Positions 18,316 to 27,483 of a stretch of DNA of 64,000 bases are shown here, in pieces (position 1 is the stretch's first letter; each line of letters begins with the position of its first letter). The stretch is from an uncultured bacterium. Lineage in GTDB: Bacteria > Patescibacteriota > Minisyncoccia > UBA6257 > GWB1-50-10. The position numbers were made by a program, and so were the translations under genes. The stretch is taken from positions 52,833 through 116,832 of the forward strand of contig CAIKKG010000014.1 of the NCBI GenBank assembly GCA_903827975.1. The letters run 5' to 3'. The notes under the pieces were generated by a model. The model saw only the letters and a program-made list of their open reading frames with translations, was not told the origin of the DNA and ran no database searches.

Positions 18316-18627
18316 TTATTTTTTGAAGCTACTTAGCATCATTTCTTTGTAAGAGGCGACCTCTGCCTTTATAATATCCTCGAATCTTGGTATTTCTTTT
18401 TGTAGAAATGCATACATTTCTTCTGGATTTGATGTGTCATATATCTTTTCCAACTCATTTGCCTGCGCCTCAGTAAGTAAATCCATTACCTTAAGCCAGA
18501 CACCCTTCATGATAATATCTGAGATTTGTGCAAGCATTGCTGTCCTCTGCTCAAGCGGAAGACTTTGTAGGCCTAGCTCAGCTACCAAATCTACACTGAT
18601 TAGCGAATTTATTTTGTTTATATCCAT
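18316..18627 (-). CDS. Hypothetical small alpha-helical protein (103 aa)
   Basis: Acidic helical protein immediately upstream of the 834-aa gene; no recognisable family. Confidence 0.5.
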   Translation of the reverse strand: MDINKINSLISVDLVAELGLQSLPLEQRTAMLAQISDIIMKGVWLKVMDLLTEAQANELEKIYDTSNPEEMYAFLQKEIPRFEDIIKAEVASYKEMMLSSFKK

Positions 18628-18656
18628 ATTGAAGTCATTATATCATTTGTAAATTT

Positions 18657-18680
18657 AAAAGCGCCAGAGCGGCGCTTTTA
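18657..18680. terminator. Bidirectional hairpin terminator
   Basis: aaaagcgccagagcggcgctttt. Confidence 0.7.
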
Positions 18681-18699
18681 GACTTAGAACATATATATG

Positions 18700-19092
18700 T
18701 TATTGCTGAATTCCGATTGAGCCGCCACCTACAAGGAGGATGGCAATATTTGCCGCCAATAGAATAAACTCAAATTCCCACCCTGTTTTATCTGTTGCAG
18801 AAAAAGGAGATCCCCATTTCGTAATTTTCATTGTTATTGCACCAACCATTACACAACTTAGAAGTAGCGCTCCTAATTGTGTATAGAACCCAAAGACAAG
18901 ATATAAGGATGAGACCATTTCAACCAAGCCAAGAACGATTATCATAAAGCTCATACTAGGTATACCCATCCCTATAGCTATATCTTTTGGATGCTTAAAT
19001 TTTGGAATCGCGTGAATGAAAAATACAATTCCAATTGCAAGGCGCAATGCGAATAACCCTATATTGTTGTACTGAAGTGTTTCTGTGAACAT
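18700..19092 (-). CDS. DoxX family membrane protein
   Basis: 130 aa, 4 TM, LRLAIGIVFFIHAIPKF DoxX N-terminal signature. Confidence 0.75.
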   Translation of the reverse strand: MFTETLQYNNIGLFALRLAIGIVFFIHAIPKFKHPKDIAIGMGIPSMSFMIIVLGLVEMVSSLYLVFGFYTQLGALLLSCVMVGAITMKITKWGSPFSATDKTGWEFEFILLAANIAILLVGGGSIGIQQ

Positions 19093-19139
19093 TTTAATTA
19101 AATATTTCTTTCTATTTTCGGCCTTTTAACAAGTTTTCC

Positions 19140-19547
19140 TTAAAAACCGCTTACTAATAATATAATTCCCATAAGCCATAGTGTAAATGCTGACATTAAG
19201 CACCAGAAACACCATGCTTTTATTAACTTCCATTGTATATATGCAAAAATGAATGAAGCGGCACACCCTATTGCCACGCCAAATGAGATTCCGAGTGCCC
19301 AAAAGTGTGTTGGCTCTATCTTCAACGAATATAGCAGGCTAAGTAAGAAAATTGCAACATATCCAAAAAGACCCAACATATCATTTGGAATCATGAATAT
19401 CTTGTTGTATTTACTCTCGAGAACTAGTGTACAGTCATCCCCTAGAATACATACTGGCCTTTCCGCTCTAACTCGTTTACGAATCAGGTACGCTGTTTCG
19501 ACTATGCCGAATATGGAAAGAGCAATTATTGCTACGATTGTTAACAT
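19140..19547 (-). CDS. Vitamin K epoxide reductase (VKOR) family membrane oxidoreductase
   Basis: ETAYLIRKR..PVCILGDDCTL..SKYNKIFMIPNDMLGLFGY (loop Cys pair + conserved Ser/Tyr region) and membrane CFWC (CxxC) active site. Confidence 0.65.
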   Translation of the reverse strand: MLTIVAIIALSIFGIVETAYLIRKRVRAERPVCILGDDCTLVLESKYNKIFMIPNDMLGLFGYVAIFLLSLLYSLKIEPTHFWALGISFGVAIGCAASFIFAYIQWKLIKAWCFWCLMSAFTLWLMGIILLVSGF

Positions 19548-19585
19548 GGTTTAATTGTAGCAAATTTTTGAAATTTTTAATTTCA

Positions 19586-19639
19586 CCCTATTTAAACTGC
19601 CAAAAATGGCAGTTATAAATTGTGCGGGCAAGGGGAATC
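19586..19639. repeat. 54-bp direct repeat, copy 1: partial tRNA-Gly 3' end (19 nt) plus trailer hairpin
   Basis: ccctatttaaactgccaaaaatggcagttataaattgtgcgggcaaggggaatc, identical to 19733-19786. Confidence 0.8.
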
Positions 19640-19732
19640 TCCCTCGCCTCTCAGCTCGTCGCCACTCGCTTCGGACTGGGCACCACCTCGTGATGCATTC
19701 TTCTGAATGCATACCACTCCGGTGTTCGATTC

Positions 19733-19786
19733 CCCTATTTAAACTGCCAAAAATGGCAGTTATAAATTGTGCGGGCAAGGGGAATC
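19733..19786. repeat. 54-bp direct repeat, copy 2 (overlaps the 3' 17 nt of the intact tRNA-Gly and its trailer)
   Basis: Identical to copy 1; includes ctgccaaaaatggcag trailer hairpin. Confidence 0.8.
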
Positions 19787-19840
19787 GAACCCCTGTCTCA
19801 ACCTTGGGAATGTCGCATTCTACCACTAGACCATGCCCGC
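19770..19840 (-). tRNA. tRNA-Gly (anticodon CCC)
   Basis: Minus-strand GCGGGCATGGTCTAGTGGTAGAATGCGACATTCCCAAGGTTGAGACAGGGGTTCGATTCCCCTTGCCCGCA: 7-bp acceptor stem, T-arm AGGGG/TTCGATT/CCCCT, anticodon loop TTCCCAA; no encoded CCA. Confidence 0.85.
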
Positions 19841-19851
19841 ATTTAACTAGA

Positions 19852-20148
19852 TTATTTTTTAGTGCTTGTTGCAGTAGTACTTGAATCGTCCGGAACCACA
19901 ATAAACATCTGCTCCCCTTCCACCTTAAGATTAAATTTCGAACGCGATTCTTTTATAAGATTTTCGGTGCGCCCAAAGTATGCAATTCCGCCCTCAACTG
20001 ATTTATTTTCATCGGTCAACTTTTTTGCAACATCAGACAAACCTCGAATCTCTCTTTCAATTGCTCTTTTCTGCTGAATTAAAGAATACCCCGTCCATAA
20101 AAGTATGGCAATTCCTAAAAATAAAATTGATAATTTTAGTATCTTCAT
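19852..20148 (-). CDS. FtsB/DivIC-like septum-formation initiator family protein
   Basis: 98 aa, N-terminal TM then coiled-coil, size and architecture typical of FtsB/DivIC. Confidence 0.4.
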   Translation of the reverse strand: MKILKLSILFLGIAILLWTGYSLIQQKRAIEREIRGLSDVAKKLTDENKSVEGGIAYFGRTENLIKESRSKFNLKVEGEQMFIVVPDDSSTTATSTKK

Positions 20149-20390
20149 ACATCCCCTTTATAAAATGACCTACTTACGCGCTTTGAAATAGAGATTAATA
20201 ATATCGTAATAGAAAAATGCACAACTACAAGATATTTCGTAGAGGAACTCAGGTATTTGGCAGCTGATTCAAAATTATTAATAACGGCATAAATAATGCC
20301 AAGTTCTAAAACGAACTGAAGCACCAAAAAACCGAATGCAAATAGTAATATTGCAAACTCTCTTCGTAATTTGATTGACCTTGCTAACAT
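20145..20390 (-). CDS. Small hypothetical membrane protein (81 aa)
   Basis: Two predicted TM helices; overlaps neighbours by 4 nt (operonic). Confidence 0.4.
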   Translation of the reverse strand: MLARSIKLRREFAILLFAFGFLVLQFVLELGIIYAVINNFESAAKYLSSSTKYLVVVHFSITILLISISKRVSRSFYKGDV

Positions 20391-20403
20391 GTATTTTATT
20401 ATA

Positions 20404-22224
20404 CTATCTTTTCAATAATTCCTTAAATACTTCTGGTGCTATTTGGACCTGAGCGCGGGCCTCAAGATTTTTCTTTCCCCGCTGTTGTTTTTTCCACAAC
20501 TTCATTTTTCTTGTTCTATCCCCACCATATAAATACCCAGTTACATCTTTTCTTAATGCCGGAATATCCTCTCTTGCTAAGATTTGTCCATCTGCTTGTG
20601 CTTGAATAGGCTGTGTCCATTGCTGACGTGGAAGATGCTCTTTTAGCCTTCCAACCATCTGTCTTGCCTCCCTTAATACAATTTCCTTAGGTAGGAAGCG
20701 GCTTAGTCCTGGAATGAGTTCGTGTGACAATAAAATATCTACGCGAACAACATCGGCTTTTTTATACTCCTCAACCTCATAACTGAATGATGCCATACCC
20801 TTAGTTGCTGACTTTAACTGGTCATCAAAGTCACTTACGAGTTCCGCAAGAGGCATGTGTGTCATTAGTCTAACCCTATCTCCAATTGTTTCTGTATTAA
20901 GATCAGAAAATCTAAATGCACGCTGTAGAGCTATTACGCTGGATAAATATTCATTTGGCAAAATAATATCGAGCTTTATAATTGGCTCCCATATTTCATC
21001 GTAATCATTTGGTAATTCCTCAGGCTTAACAATTGTGAACCACTCCAACCCCTTTTTAACGCGATACAAAACAGATGGAAATGTATTAACTGTTTCCACA
21101 TTGAATTCTCTGCGTAATCTCTCGGCAGTTATTTCGAAGTGTAGTCTACCCAAAAAACCAACTTTAAATCCACGACCTAGAACCTCGTTCTGATCAGGTT
21201 CAATATGAAGTGCTGAATCGTTAAGTTTCAATTTTTGAAGACCCTTACTTAAAAGTTCAAAATTATCACTCTCCTCAGGGTAGAAAGAAACAAATACAAC
21301 AGGCATAGCTTCTTTATAGCCGTGCAACATTAACTTTTCCGGATCTTTTGCATACTTAGAAACAAGGACGGTATCACCAATACGAATTTTTTCTGGGTCT
21401 CTAATTCCGGTTGCTATATAACCTATCTCTCCAGCTGTTAATTTTGATGTCGCAGGTAATGCAGTTAACTGGGGTGTAAAGTATCCAGTCTCCTTAATTT
21501 TTGCATATGTGTTTGTTGCAATAAGCAAAATCTCATCCTCTCCTGAAATCTCACCATCAAACATTCTTACTGATGCAATAACACCCTTATGGTCATCAAA
21601 AAATGAATCAAAAACTAATGCACGGCCAAATGTCTCAATACTTTCTTTTGGTGGTGGAACTTTTTCAATTACATCCTCTAAAAGTTTTTGTACGCCATCC
21701 CCAGTTTTTCCAGAAATATTATGTATTTCATTTTCAGTAACTCCGATAAGCTCGGCAAGGCTTTTCCTAAGAACGTGAATCCTTTCATCATCTAGGTTGA
21801 TATTTCCATCTACATCCTTGAAAAAATCTACTTTATTTAGCGCTCCCACGATTGTAAGCCCCGCAGCCTTAGCTATTCGGTGATTTGCGAGGGTCTGTGC
21901 CTGAATACCTTGTGTTGCATCAACCAAAAGAACCGCCCCCTCAACCGCGTTTAGTGAGCGTGAAACCTCATATGAAAAATCTGAGTGGCCAGGAGTATCA
22001 ATTAGGTTGAGAATATAGTTATTATCTTTGTACTCATAACGCATGCGAACTGGAGCCATTTTTATTGTTATACCTCTTTCTCTTTCAAGCTCTAACTGAT
22101 CGAGGTATTGATCCTTCATTTTTCGAATCTCAACTGTTTTTGTTACTTCCAAAAAACGATCGGCAAGAGTACTCTTGCCGTGGTCAACATGTGCAATTAT
22201 TACGAAATTTCTTATATGCTTCAT
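20404..22224 (-). CDS. lepA: Elongation factor 4 (LepA)
   Basis: IIAHVDHGKSTLADR, DTPGHSDF, NKVD G-domain motifs plus LepA-specific C-terminal domain, 606 aa. Confidence 0.95.
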   Translation of the reverse strand: MKHIRNFVIIAHVDHGKSTLADRFLEVTKTVEIRKMKDQYLDQLELERERGITIKMAPVRMRYEYKDNNYILNLIDTPGHSDFSYEVSRSLNAVEGAVLLVDATQGIQAQTLANHRIAKAAGLTIVGALNKVDFFKDVDGNINLDDERIHVLRKSLAELIGVTENEIHNISGKTGDGVQKLLEDVIEKVPPPKESIETFGRALVFDSFFDDHKGVIASVRMFDGEISGEDEILLIATNTYAKIKETGYFTPQLTALPATSKLTAGEIGYIATGIRDPEKIRIGDTVLVSKYAKDPEKLMLHGYKEAMPVVFVSFYPEESDNFELLSKGLQKLKLNDSALHIEPDQNEVLGRGFKVGFLGRLHFEITAERLRREFNVETVNTFPSVLYRVKKGLEWFTIVKPEELPNDYDEIWEPIIKLDIILPNEYLSSVIALQRAFRFSDLNTETIGDRVRLMTHMPLAELVSDFDDQLKSATKGMASFSYEVEEYKKADVVRVDILLSHELIPGLSRFLPKEIVLREARQMVGRLKEHLPRQQWTQPIQAQADGQILAREDIPALRKDVTGYLYGGDRTRKMKLWKKQQRGKKNLEARAQVQIAPEVFKELLKR

Positions 22225-24317
22225 TGTTTTATAAGCTCCAGCGTCAATACTATGCGTGCATCTGGATTTTCATCCGTATAAACATAATTTGGCATACCAC
22301 TTTCCTTCCATATAAAACCTATTGGCGCTGATATGTTTATATTTATTCTTGTTTGGACACCAGACTGTCGTTCATATACAAATATGTATTTTGAACCCGT
22401 TGTCGGTGCGGTGAGAGAAGTATTATCGTTATGATACCTCATAGTCAAGGTTGATGTAGTTCCAGGGGCTGTATTAAACCATGTTCCAAAAGCAGTTTTT
22501 CCGAACTCGCTCATTGACCAGGCATTGTATTCAGGCAATGAGAGACGTGAAGAGTCAATCTTAAATAGGTCTGGATTTTCATCATATTTATTTTTTTCGT
22601 AATCAAATGATGGCTTCTCCGTTTTTATAGAGTTCCCTTTTAGAGAGATTATTGATGACCCCGGATCAGTCAAAATTTGAATGAAGTTTTGATTCTTTTT
22701 ATTCCACCATGGATCCTTTTTATCACCACCACTGTGTGCACGTGTAATTACAAGATCTGTTAGAACAGCACCATTTGTATCTATATTAATATTCGCGTTA
22801 GCTGTCTGCTTAATAAGCGCATCAGTTTTTCCGCCAGCAACATTTGCATCAACAATTGCTAGATACGAACCTAAAAAGTTTGAAGGAATTTCAAATACCG
22901 AACCATCAGTATTAGTCTGCTTGATAAACGAGGCGAGCTCAGCGTCTTTTGCATAAAACATAATATCTTTCTTAGTTACACGCTCACCCAATTTTTTAAT
23001 AAACATACCCTGACTTGTAGAGTCAAGAAGTTTCATTTTTTCCATCAAAAGTGGCGCTAGTATTTTCAGAATTCGTTTTGGCTCTCCAGCTTTCTTATCT
23101 TTCCCAGCCTCAACCTCGCGCTGAACCTCTGTAAGAAAATTATTCTGGTCTATCGTAACGTTATATTCTGATAGATAGATGGGGCCAGTAACCTCAAGCA
23201 TCGATTGAATTACAGGTATATTTATTGCAATTGCTCCGTCAAAAGTAATGCCCTTCTCTGAATACATTTTTGATAATTCGAGAAAGCTTATTACTGTCTT
23301 TGCTGATGTTGGAAAATCAAAAAACCAGTTTGAATCGCGAGCGCCCCAGTTCTCACTTACGGTCTGTAACTGATACGGAGGAACTATTTTTTCAAAAAAT
23401 TGCCCATCAGGATCATAAATATCTCTTACATCCATTCCTTGCATCTGCCCATCCTTAATTGTTAAATCCGCATAACTACCTATAAACCCACCACCTGGAC
23501 GAATCTCTGCTGGATTTTGGAATAGAAGAAGTAGGTGCCTTGTGTTTTCAGAACCCAACATTGTTATTAAACTATCAAGAGAAGAATTAGCTTTATATAA
23601 TAGTGCGCTGTTTTCTACATAAGTCTTCCCGATAGAGTCATCTATCTTTCCGAAAGATGATGATAACCTCCTTAGGTTTCCCGTTGTATTTTTTACCGCC
23701 TGCCCCTCCTCTAAAATAATAGCTAAGGATTTCTTTATTTCTCTCAATGAATTGAGGAACGCCACGCCATCTGATTGGAAGTTGTGAAAACCGTTTTTCT
23801 TGAGGTCTTCGGTTGTTACAGCCAACTGAAGGAAACCAATATTCAGTGAGGCTATATGGCTAACTAAAGAACCACTTTCTTTGAATGCTGGAATTACACT
23901 ACCGAGTGTGTTCATAAATCCCTCTGCGTGGCTTTGCTTTAATAAGTAATCAAGTTTTGCAATATCTCTTGTATTTTCTTTTAAAATCGAACCTGCTTTT
24001 TCTGGGTCAAGATTTTGCATTGAGTCCAGTGAATTTGAGAAATTTTCTCCTATTCTTACACCAGTAGCCTTCATTACATCTCTAGATTGAAAAAGTCGGA
24101 TACCTTCATATGCAACTAGTAACACAAATATAAGCGCTATTACTCCAATAGAGCGCTTAACTATAAATCCTATATGCTTCATCTCACCATCAGTCCCCAT
24201 CGGAGTTTTGCGTAAATCTATAACGGGATGATGTGAGGACCAGGAATAATTAGTAGATGGATTTTTTATATCAACAACTACTGGAACAATATTATTTCGA
24301 GAAACTTTTTGTTTCAT
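22221..24317 (-). CDS. Large (698 aa) membrane-anchored extracytoplasmic protein of the polysaccharide cluster (DUF4012-like?)
   Basis: Single TM near aa 55-75 then ~620-aa extracellular domain; start overlaps GT4 stop by 1 nt and stop overlaps lepA start by 4 nt. Confidence 0.55.
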   Translation of the reverse strand: MKQKVSRNNIVPVVVDIKNPSTNYSWSSHHPVIDLRKTPMGTDGEMKHIGFIVKRSIGVIALIFVLLVAYEGIRLFQSRDVMKATGVRIGENFSNSLDSMQNLDPEKAGSILKENTRDIAKLDYLLKQSHAEGFMNTLGSVIPAFKESGSLVSHIASLNIGFLQLAVTTEDLKKNGFHNFQSDGVAFLNSLREIKKSLAIILEEGQAVKNTTGNLRRLSSSFGKIDDSIGKTYVENSALLYKANSSLDSLITMLGSENTRHLLLLFQNPAEIRPGGGFIGSYADLTIKDGQMQGMDVRDIYDPDGQFFEKIVPPYQLQTVSENWGARDSNWFFDFPTSAKTVISFLELSKMYSEKGITFDGAIAINIPVIQSMLEVTGPIYLSEYNVTIDQNNFLTEVQREVEAGKDKKAGEPKRILKILAPLLMEKMKLLDSTSQGMFIKKLGERVTKKDIMFYAKDAELASFIKQTNTDGSVFEIPSNFLGSYLAIVDANVAGGKTDALIKQTANANINIDTNGAVLTDLVITRAHSGGDKKDPWWNKKNQNFIQILTDPGSSIISLKGNSIKTEKPSFDYEKNKYDENPDLFKIDSSRLSLPEYNAWSMSEFGKTAFGTWFNTAPGTTSTLTMRYHNDNTSLTAPTTGSKYIFVYERQSGVQTRININISAPIGFIWKESGMPNYVYTDENPDARIVLTLELIKQ

Positions 24318-25456
24318 TATTCAAATTTGTTAAAAACCCTCATTAATTCATCGGTTGCTTTCGTCCAACTGAACCTTTTGATATTTTCAAACCCTTTTTT
24401 CCTTAAATCGATTCGAACCTTTTCATTTTTTAAAATTAACTGCATTGCGTGCGCCAATTCTTCTACTTTCCACGGATCAACTAGGAGAGCAGAATCTCCT
24501 ACAATTTCTGGGAGTGATGAAAGATTTGATGTTATGACTGGTGCCCCGCATGCTTGAGCCTCAAGAGGAGGAAAACCAAATCCTTCAAAAAATGAAGGGT
24601 ATACAAATGCATCTGCGAGATTGTAAAGTAATCTCAAATCTTCGTATGATGACTCACCCCAAAAAATAATATCGCTCTTCCATTTCGAATTTTCTGCATC
24701 CTTAAAAATTGTATCACAAAGCCACCCGCGCTTACCCACAATTATTAATTGCAATTCACTATTAAATAGATCCTCTTTAACAACTTCGAATGCTTTTATT
24801 ATTCCTGAAATATTTTTACGTGGTTCGAGTGTCCCAGCAAATAATAAGAATGGTCTTGTAAGCCTTTTTTCTTTAACAAACGATGCTCGCGACTTATCAT
24901 TTTCAGGAAGCTGTTTATAAAACGGATTTATACCTGAATGTATTGTGTGCACTCTATCAGAAGAAACACCGAGAGTCTTAATAATATCCTGCCGCGTGAA
25001 CTCTGATACCGCGATAATTGCATCAGCAAGGTTGGCTTGTCTTAAATAGTCCTGTTGCCAGTGCCAAAAACGTTTTCTAGCTGGATAAAATTCAGGAAAA
25101 TGAACAAATGATAAATCATGAAAAGTAATAACCCTCTTAGCATTTTTTGGTTTTGGAAGAAAATTAAAGTGCGGGCTAAATACGATATCAGAATTAAGTT
25201 TCTCCTCAATGTGTGGCATTCCCGTAATTCTCATCGATAATTCAAGGAGTTTGTTGGGAATATTCCACTCAAGTAGGCTTGTATTATTCTTTTTCCAATT
25301 TTCAGGAAATTCAGCCTTCTTAATACCGCTGTAAAAAAACTGAAATATATTTTCCTTGTCCTTTTCTAGCAGATTTTGTATTACAAATCTGGCATATTCT
25401 TCTATGCCTGAGATTCTTCCCTTACTCAAAAGTCTTGTATCAATAAGAATCTTCAT
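24317..25456 (-). CDS. Glycosyltransferase family 4
   Basis: C-terminal GT-B motifs ...LFAGTLEPRKNI..., ...YPSFFEGFGFPPLEAQACGAPVI... Confidence 0.85.
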   Translation of the reverse strand: MKILIDTRLLSKGRISGIEEYARFVIQNLLEKDKENIFQFFYSGIKKAEFPENWKKNNTSLLEWNIPNKLLELSMRITGMPHIEEKLNSDIVFSPHFNFLPKPKNAKRVITFHDLSFVHFPEFYPARKRFWHWQQDYLRQANLADAIIAVSEFTRQDIIKTLGVSSDRVHTIHSGINPFYKQLPENDKSRASFVKEKRLTRPFLLFAGTLEPRKNISGIIKAFEVVKEDLFNSELQLIIVGKRGWLCDTIFKDAENSKWKSDIIFWGESSYEDLRLLYNLADAFVYPSFFEGFGFPPLEAQACGAPVITSNLSSLPEIVGDSALLVDPWKVEELAHAMQLILKNEKVRIDLRKKGFENIKRFSWTKATDELMRVFNKFE

Positions 25457-26560
25457 TTATATAGCTTCGGAAAATCCAGCAGAACGCACAACCTCAGAAA
25501 GCTGCTCTTTAAATTTATTTTTTGAAAATCTATCTGCTTTATTTGCAATCACTCGCCGATCAAATTTCATTGATTCAAATTCTCTTACTGCATCCTCTAT
25601 TGCCTCAGCAGACTGAACATTGAATATGAGTCCCGTCTGTTTATTTATTACTATTTCTCCGCCACCCCCGACTTTATATGCAATAACTGGCGTTCCACAC
25701 ATTTGCGCCTCTGCGGCGACCAGTCCGAAATCCTCAATCTGTGGGAAAATAAATGCTTTTGCATTTGAATAAAGCTTTCTTAATTCCGCATCATTAATAC
25801 CTGATAAAAACTCAATATTTGAACCACGTGCAAGTTTTTTAAGTTTTTCGGATTCTGGCCCAGCTCCTACAATTTTTAGAGGTTTTTTAAGATTATTAAA
25901 TGCATGAATAGCCATATCAAACCCTTTGTAATATAAAAGACGGCCAACCATCAGATAATATTCTTCATGCTCATCATCTTTATCAGGATAAAACATATCG
26001 TTTGTAACTGGTGGATATATTACCTGTGCCTCCCTTAAATAATATGAATTAACCTTGTTCGCAATAAACTGAGAGTTGGCTAGAAATAAATTGACATGAG
26101 TCGATGCATGTATGTCCCATTTTCTTAGTGCATTTGCTATTGGGTAAACAAGAAAATCCTTAAGTGGCCATGGGGCAAAAGATAGATTTTTAAGATAGTC
26201 TACTTCCCATGCATACCTTAGTGGGCTGTGACAATAACTAATGTGATAATTTCCTTTAACATGAAATCCTTTTGCATACCCTGCTGTCGAGGAGATAACC
26301 AGGTCGTAATGCTTGTCCGACGTCAGCATATTTGATGCAAACGGCATGAATGGAATAAACATTCTATGGTGTCCGCGAACAAACGGCACGTCTAAAATAC
26401 TCGTTTTCTTAATATTGCGATCAAATATACCAAAAGTCTTTTCTTTGTCATAAAGCAAAGTGTAAAGATCGGCATTCGGGAATATCTCGAGCATTACCTG
26501 AAGCACGCGCTCGGCCCCTCCAAACTGATTCAAATAATCATGCAAAATAGCAACGCGCAT
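25457..26560 (-). CDS. Glycosyltransferase family 4
   Basis: ...MVGRLLYYKGFD..., ...FPQIEDFGLVAAEAQMCGTPVIAY... GT4 motifs. Confidence 0.85.
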   Translation of the reverse strand: MRVAILHDYLNQFGGAERVLQVMLEIFPNADLYTLLYDKEKTFGIFDRNIKKTSILDVPFVRGHHRMFIPFMPFASNMLTSDKHYDLVISSTAGYAKGFHVKGNYHISYCHSPLRYAWEVDYLKNLSFAPWPLKDFLVYPIANALRKWDIHASTHVNLFLANSQFIANKVNSYYLREAQVIYPPVTNDMFYPDKDDEHEEYYLMVGRLLYYKGFDMAIHAFNNLKKPLKIVGAGPESEKLKKLARGSNIEFLSGINDAELRKLYSNAKAFIFPQIEDFGLVAAEAQMCGTPVIAYKVGGGGEIVINKQTGLIFNVQSAEAIEDAVREFESMKFDRRVIANKADRFSKNKFKEQLSEVVRSAGFSEAI

Positions 26561-26602
26561 TACCTACATAATAATGCAAAATACGCGTATTCGCCACAAA
26601 CT

Positions 26603-27193
26603 CTATACGCCAGTTGGATCTGAAAATAAAATCCAAATAGTTTTAAAAAGAATCCTCATATCAAGCCAAAATGACTGGTGCTCCAAATAAAATTTATCAA
26701 GCTCAATCTCCTTTAAAAATGGTAGACCTGACGCGCCACTAACCTGTGATAGTCCAGTAAGTCCGGCTTTCGCGCTAGAAAGTATTTTAAATTCCTCTGG
26801 ATATCCGTCTATCTCCTCCTCCTCGTGAGGACGAGGGCCAACAAGAGATAGGTCCCCCTTCAAAACATTAATAAATTGAGGAAACTCATCTACGCGTAAC
26901 TTTCGTAGTATTTTTCCAACCCTGGTGAGACGTGGGTCATTTTTAATCTTAAAAAGTGGTCCGTCAGAGCGCTCATTTAGATGAGCCAATCCCTTTTTCA
27001 TGGCTCTTGCATTCCTAACCATTGAGCGAAATTTATAAACATATATACGCCTGCCATTACTAATCCTTGGCAGCGAGACAATAATGGGCCATCCACTTTC
27101 TAATAGAATTGCTATTGCGACAAATGGGAAGATAACTATAAGAGCAATTATCCCCAGAATTGAGCAGAATATATCAAAAATTCGTTTTAACAC
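26603..27193 (-). CDS. Polyprenyl-phosphate sugar phosphotransferase (bacterial sugar transferase, WbaP/WcaJ C-terminal domain type)
   Basis: KRIFDIFCS..., YKFRSM, DEFPQFINVLKGDLSLVGPRP hallmark motifs. Confidence 0.9.
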   Translation of the reverse strand: MLKRIFDIFCSILGIIALIVIFPFVAIAILLESGWPIIVSLPRISNGRRIYVYKFRSMVRNARAMKKGLAHLNERSDGPLFKIKNDPRLTRVGKILRKLRVDEFPQFINVLKGDLSLVGPRPHEEEEIDGYPEEFKILSSAKAGLTGLSQVSGASGLPFLKEIELDKFYLEHQSFWLDMRILFKTIWILFSDPTGV

Positions 27194-27210
27194 AGTTGTA
27201 TAATAATACT

Positions 27211-27483
27211 ATGAACTCGAAAAACAACCTATTAATGTTTTATGGACAGGGATGTGTGCATTGCGAAAAGATGATGCCGCTCGTCGAGCAATTGGAGCTT
27301 GAGCATGGAGTTTCAGTCCAAAAACTGGAAACGTGGCAAAATACAGATAATGATGACCTAAGAAAAAAATATGATATCGCAAATTGCGACGGAGTTCCAT
27401 ATTTTTTCAATACTAAAACTGAGAAATTTATTTGTGGGGAAGCTGACTATACAGATTTAATCGTTTGGGCTACTGCTGAATAG
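27211..27483 (+). CDS. Thioredoxin-fold protein with CxxC (CVHC) motif
   Basis: LLMFYGQGCVHCEKMMP..., ~90 aa from ATG 27211 (ORF-track start 27160 overlaps the divergent sugar-transferase start). Confidence 0.65.
   Translation: MNSKNNLLMFYGQGCVHCEKMMPLVEQLELEHGVSVQKLETWQNTDNDDLRKKYDIANCDGVPYFFNTKTEKFICGEADYTDLIVWATAE

Noticed and set aside
19644-19732. Possible second tRNA between the 54-bp repeats
   Set aside because: Only the 3' acceptor/T-arm half is present (gattccccttgcccgca); no matching 5' acceptor strand (gcgggca) or D/anticodon arms on either strand.
19551-19901. ORFs 19551..19901(-) and 19606..19884(+) containing duplicated GRFPLPAQFITAIFGSLNR peptides
   Set aside because: They are translations of the tRNA-Gly gene and its 54-bp duplicated trailer; region is RNA/non-coding.
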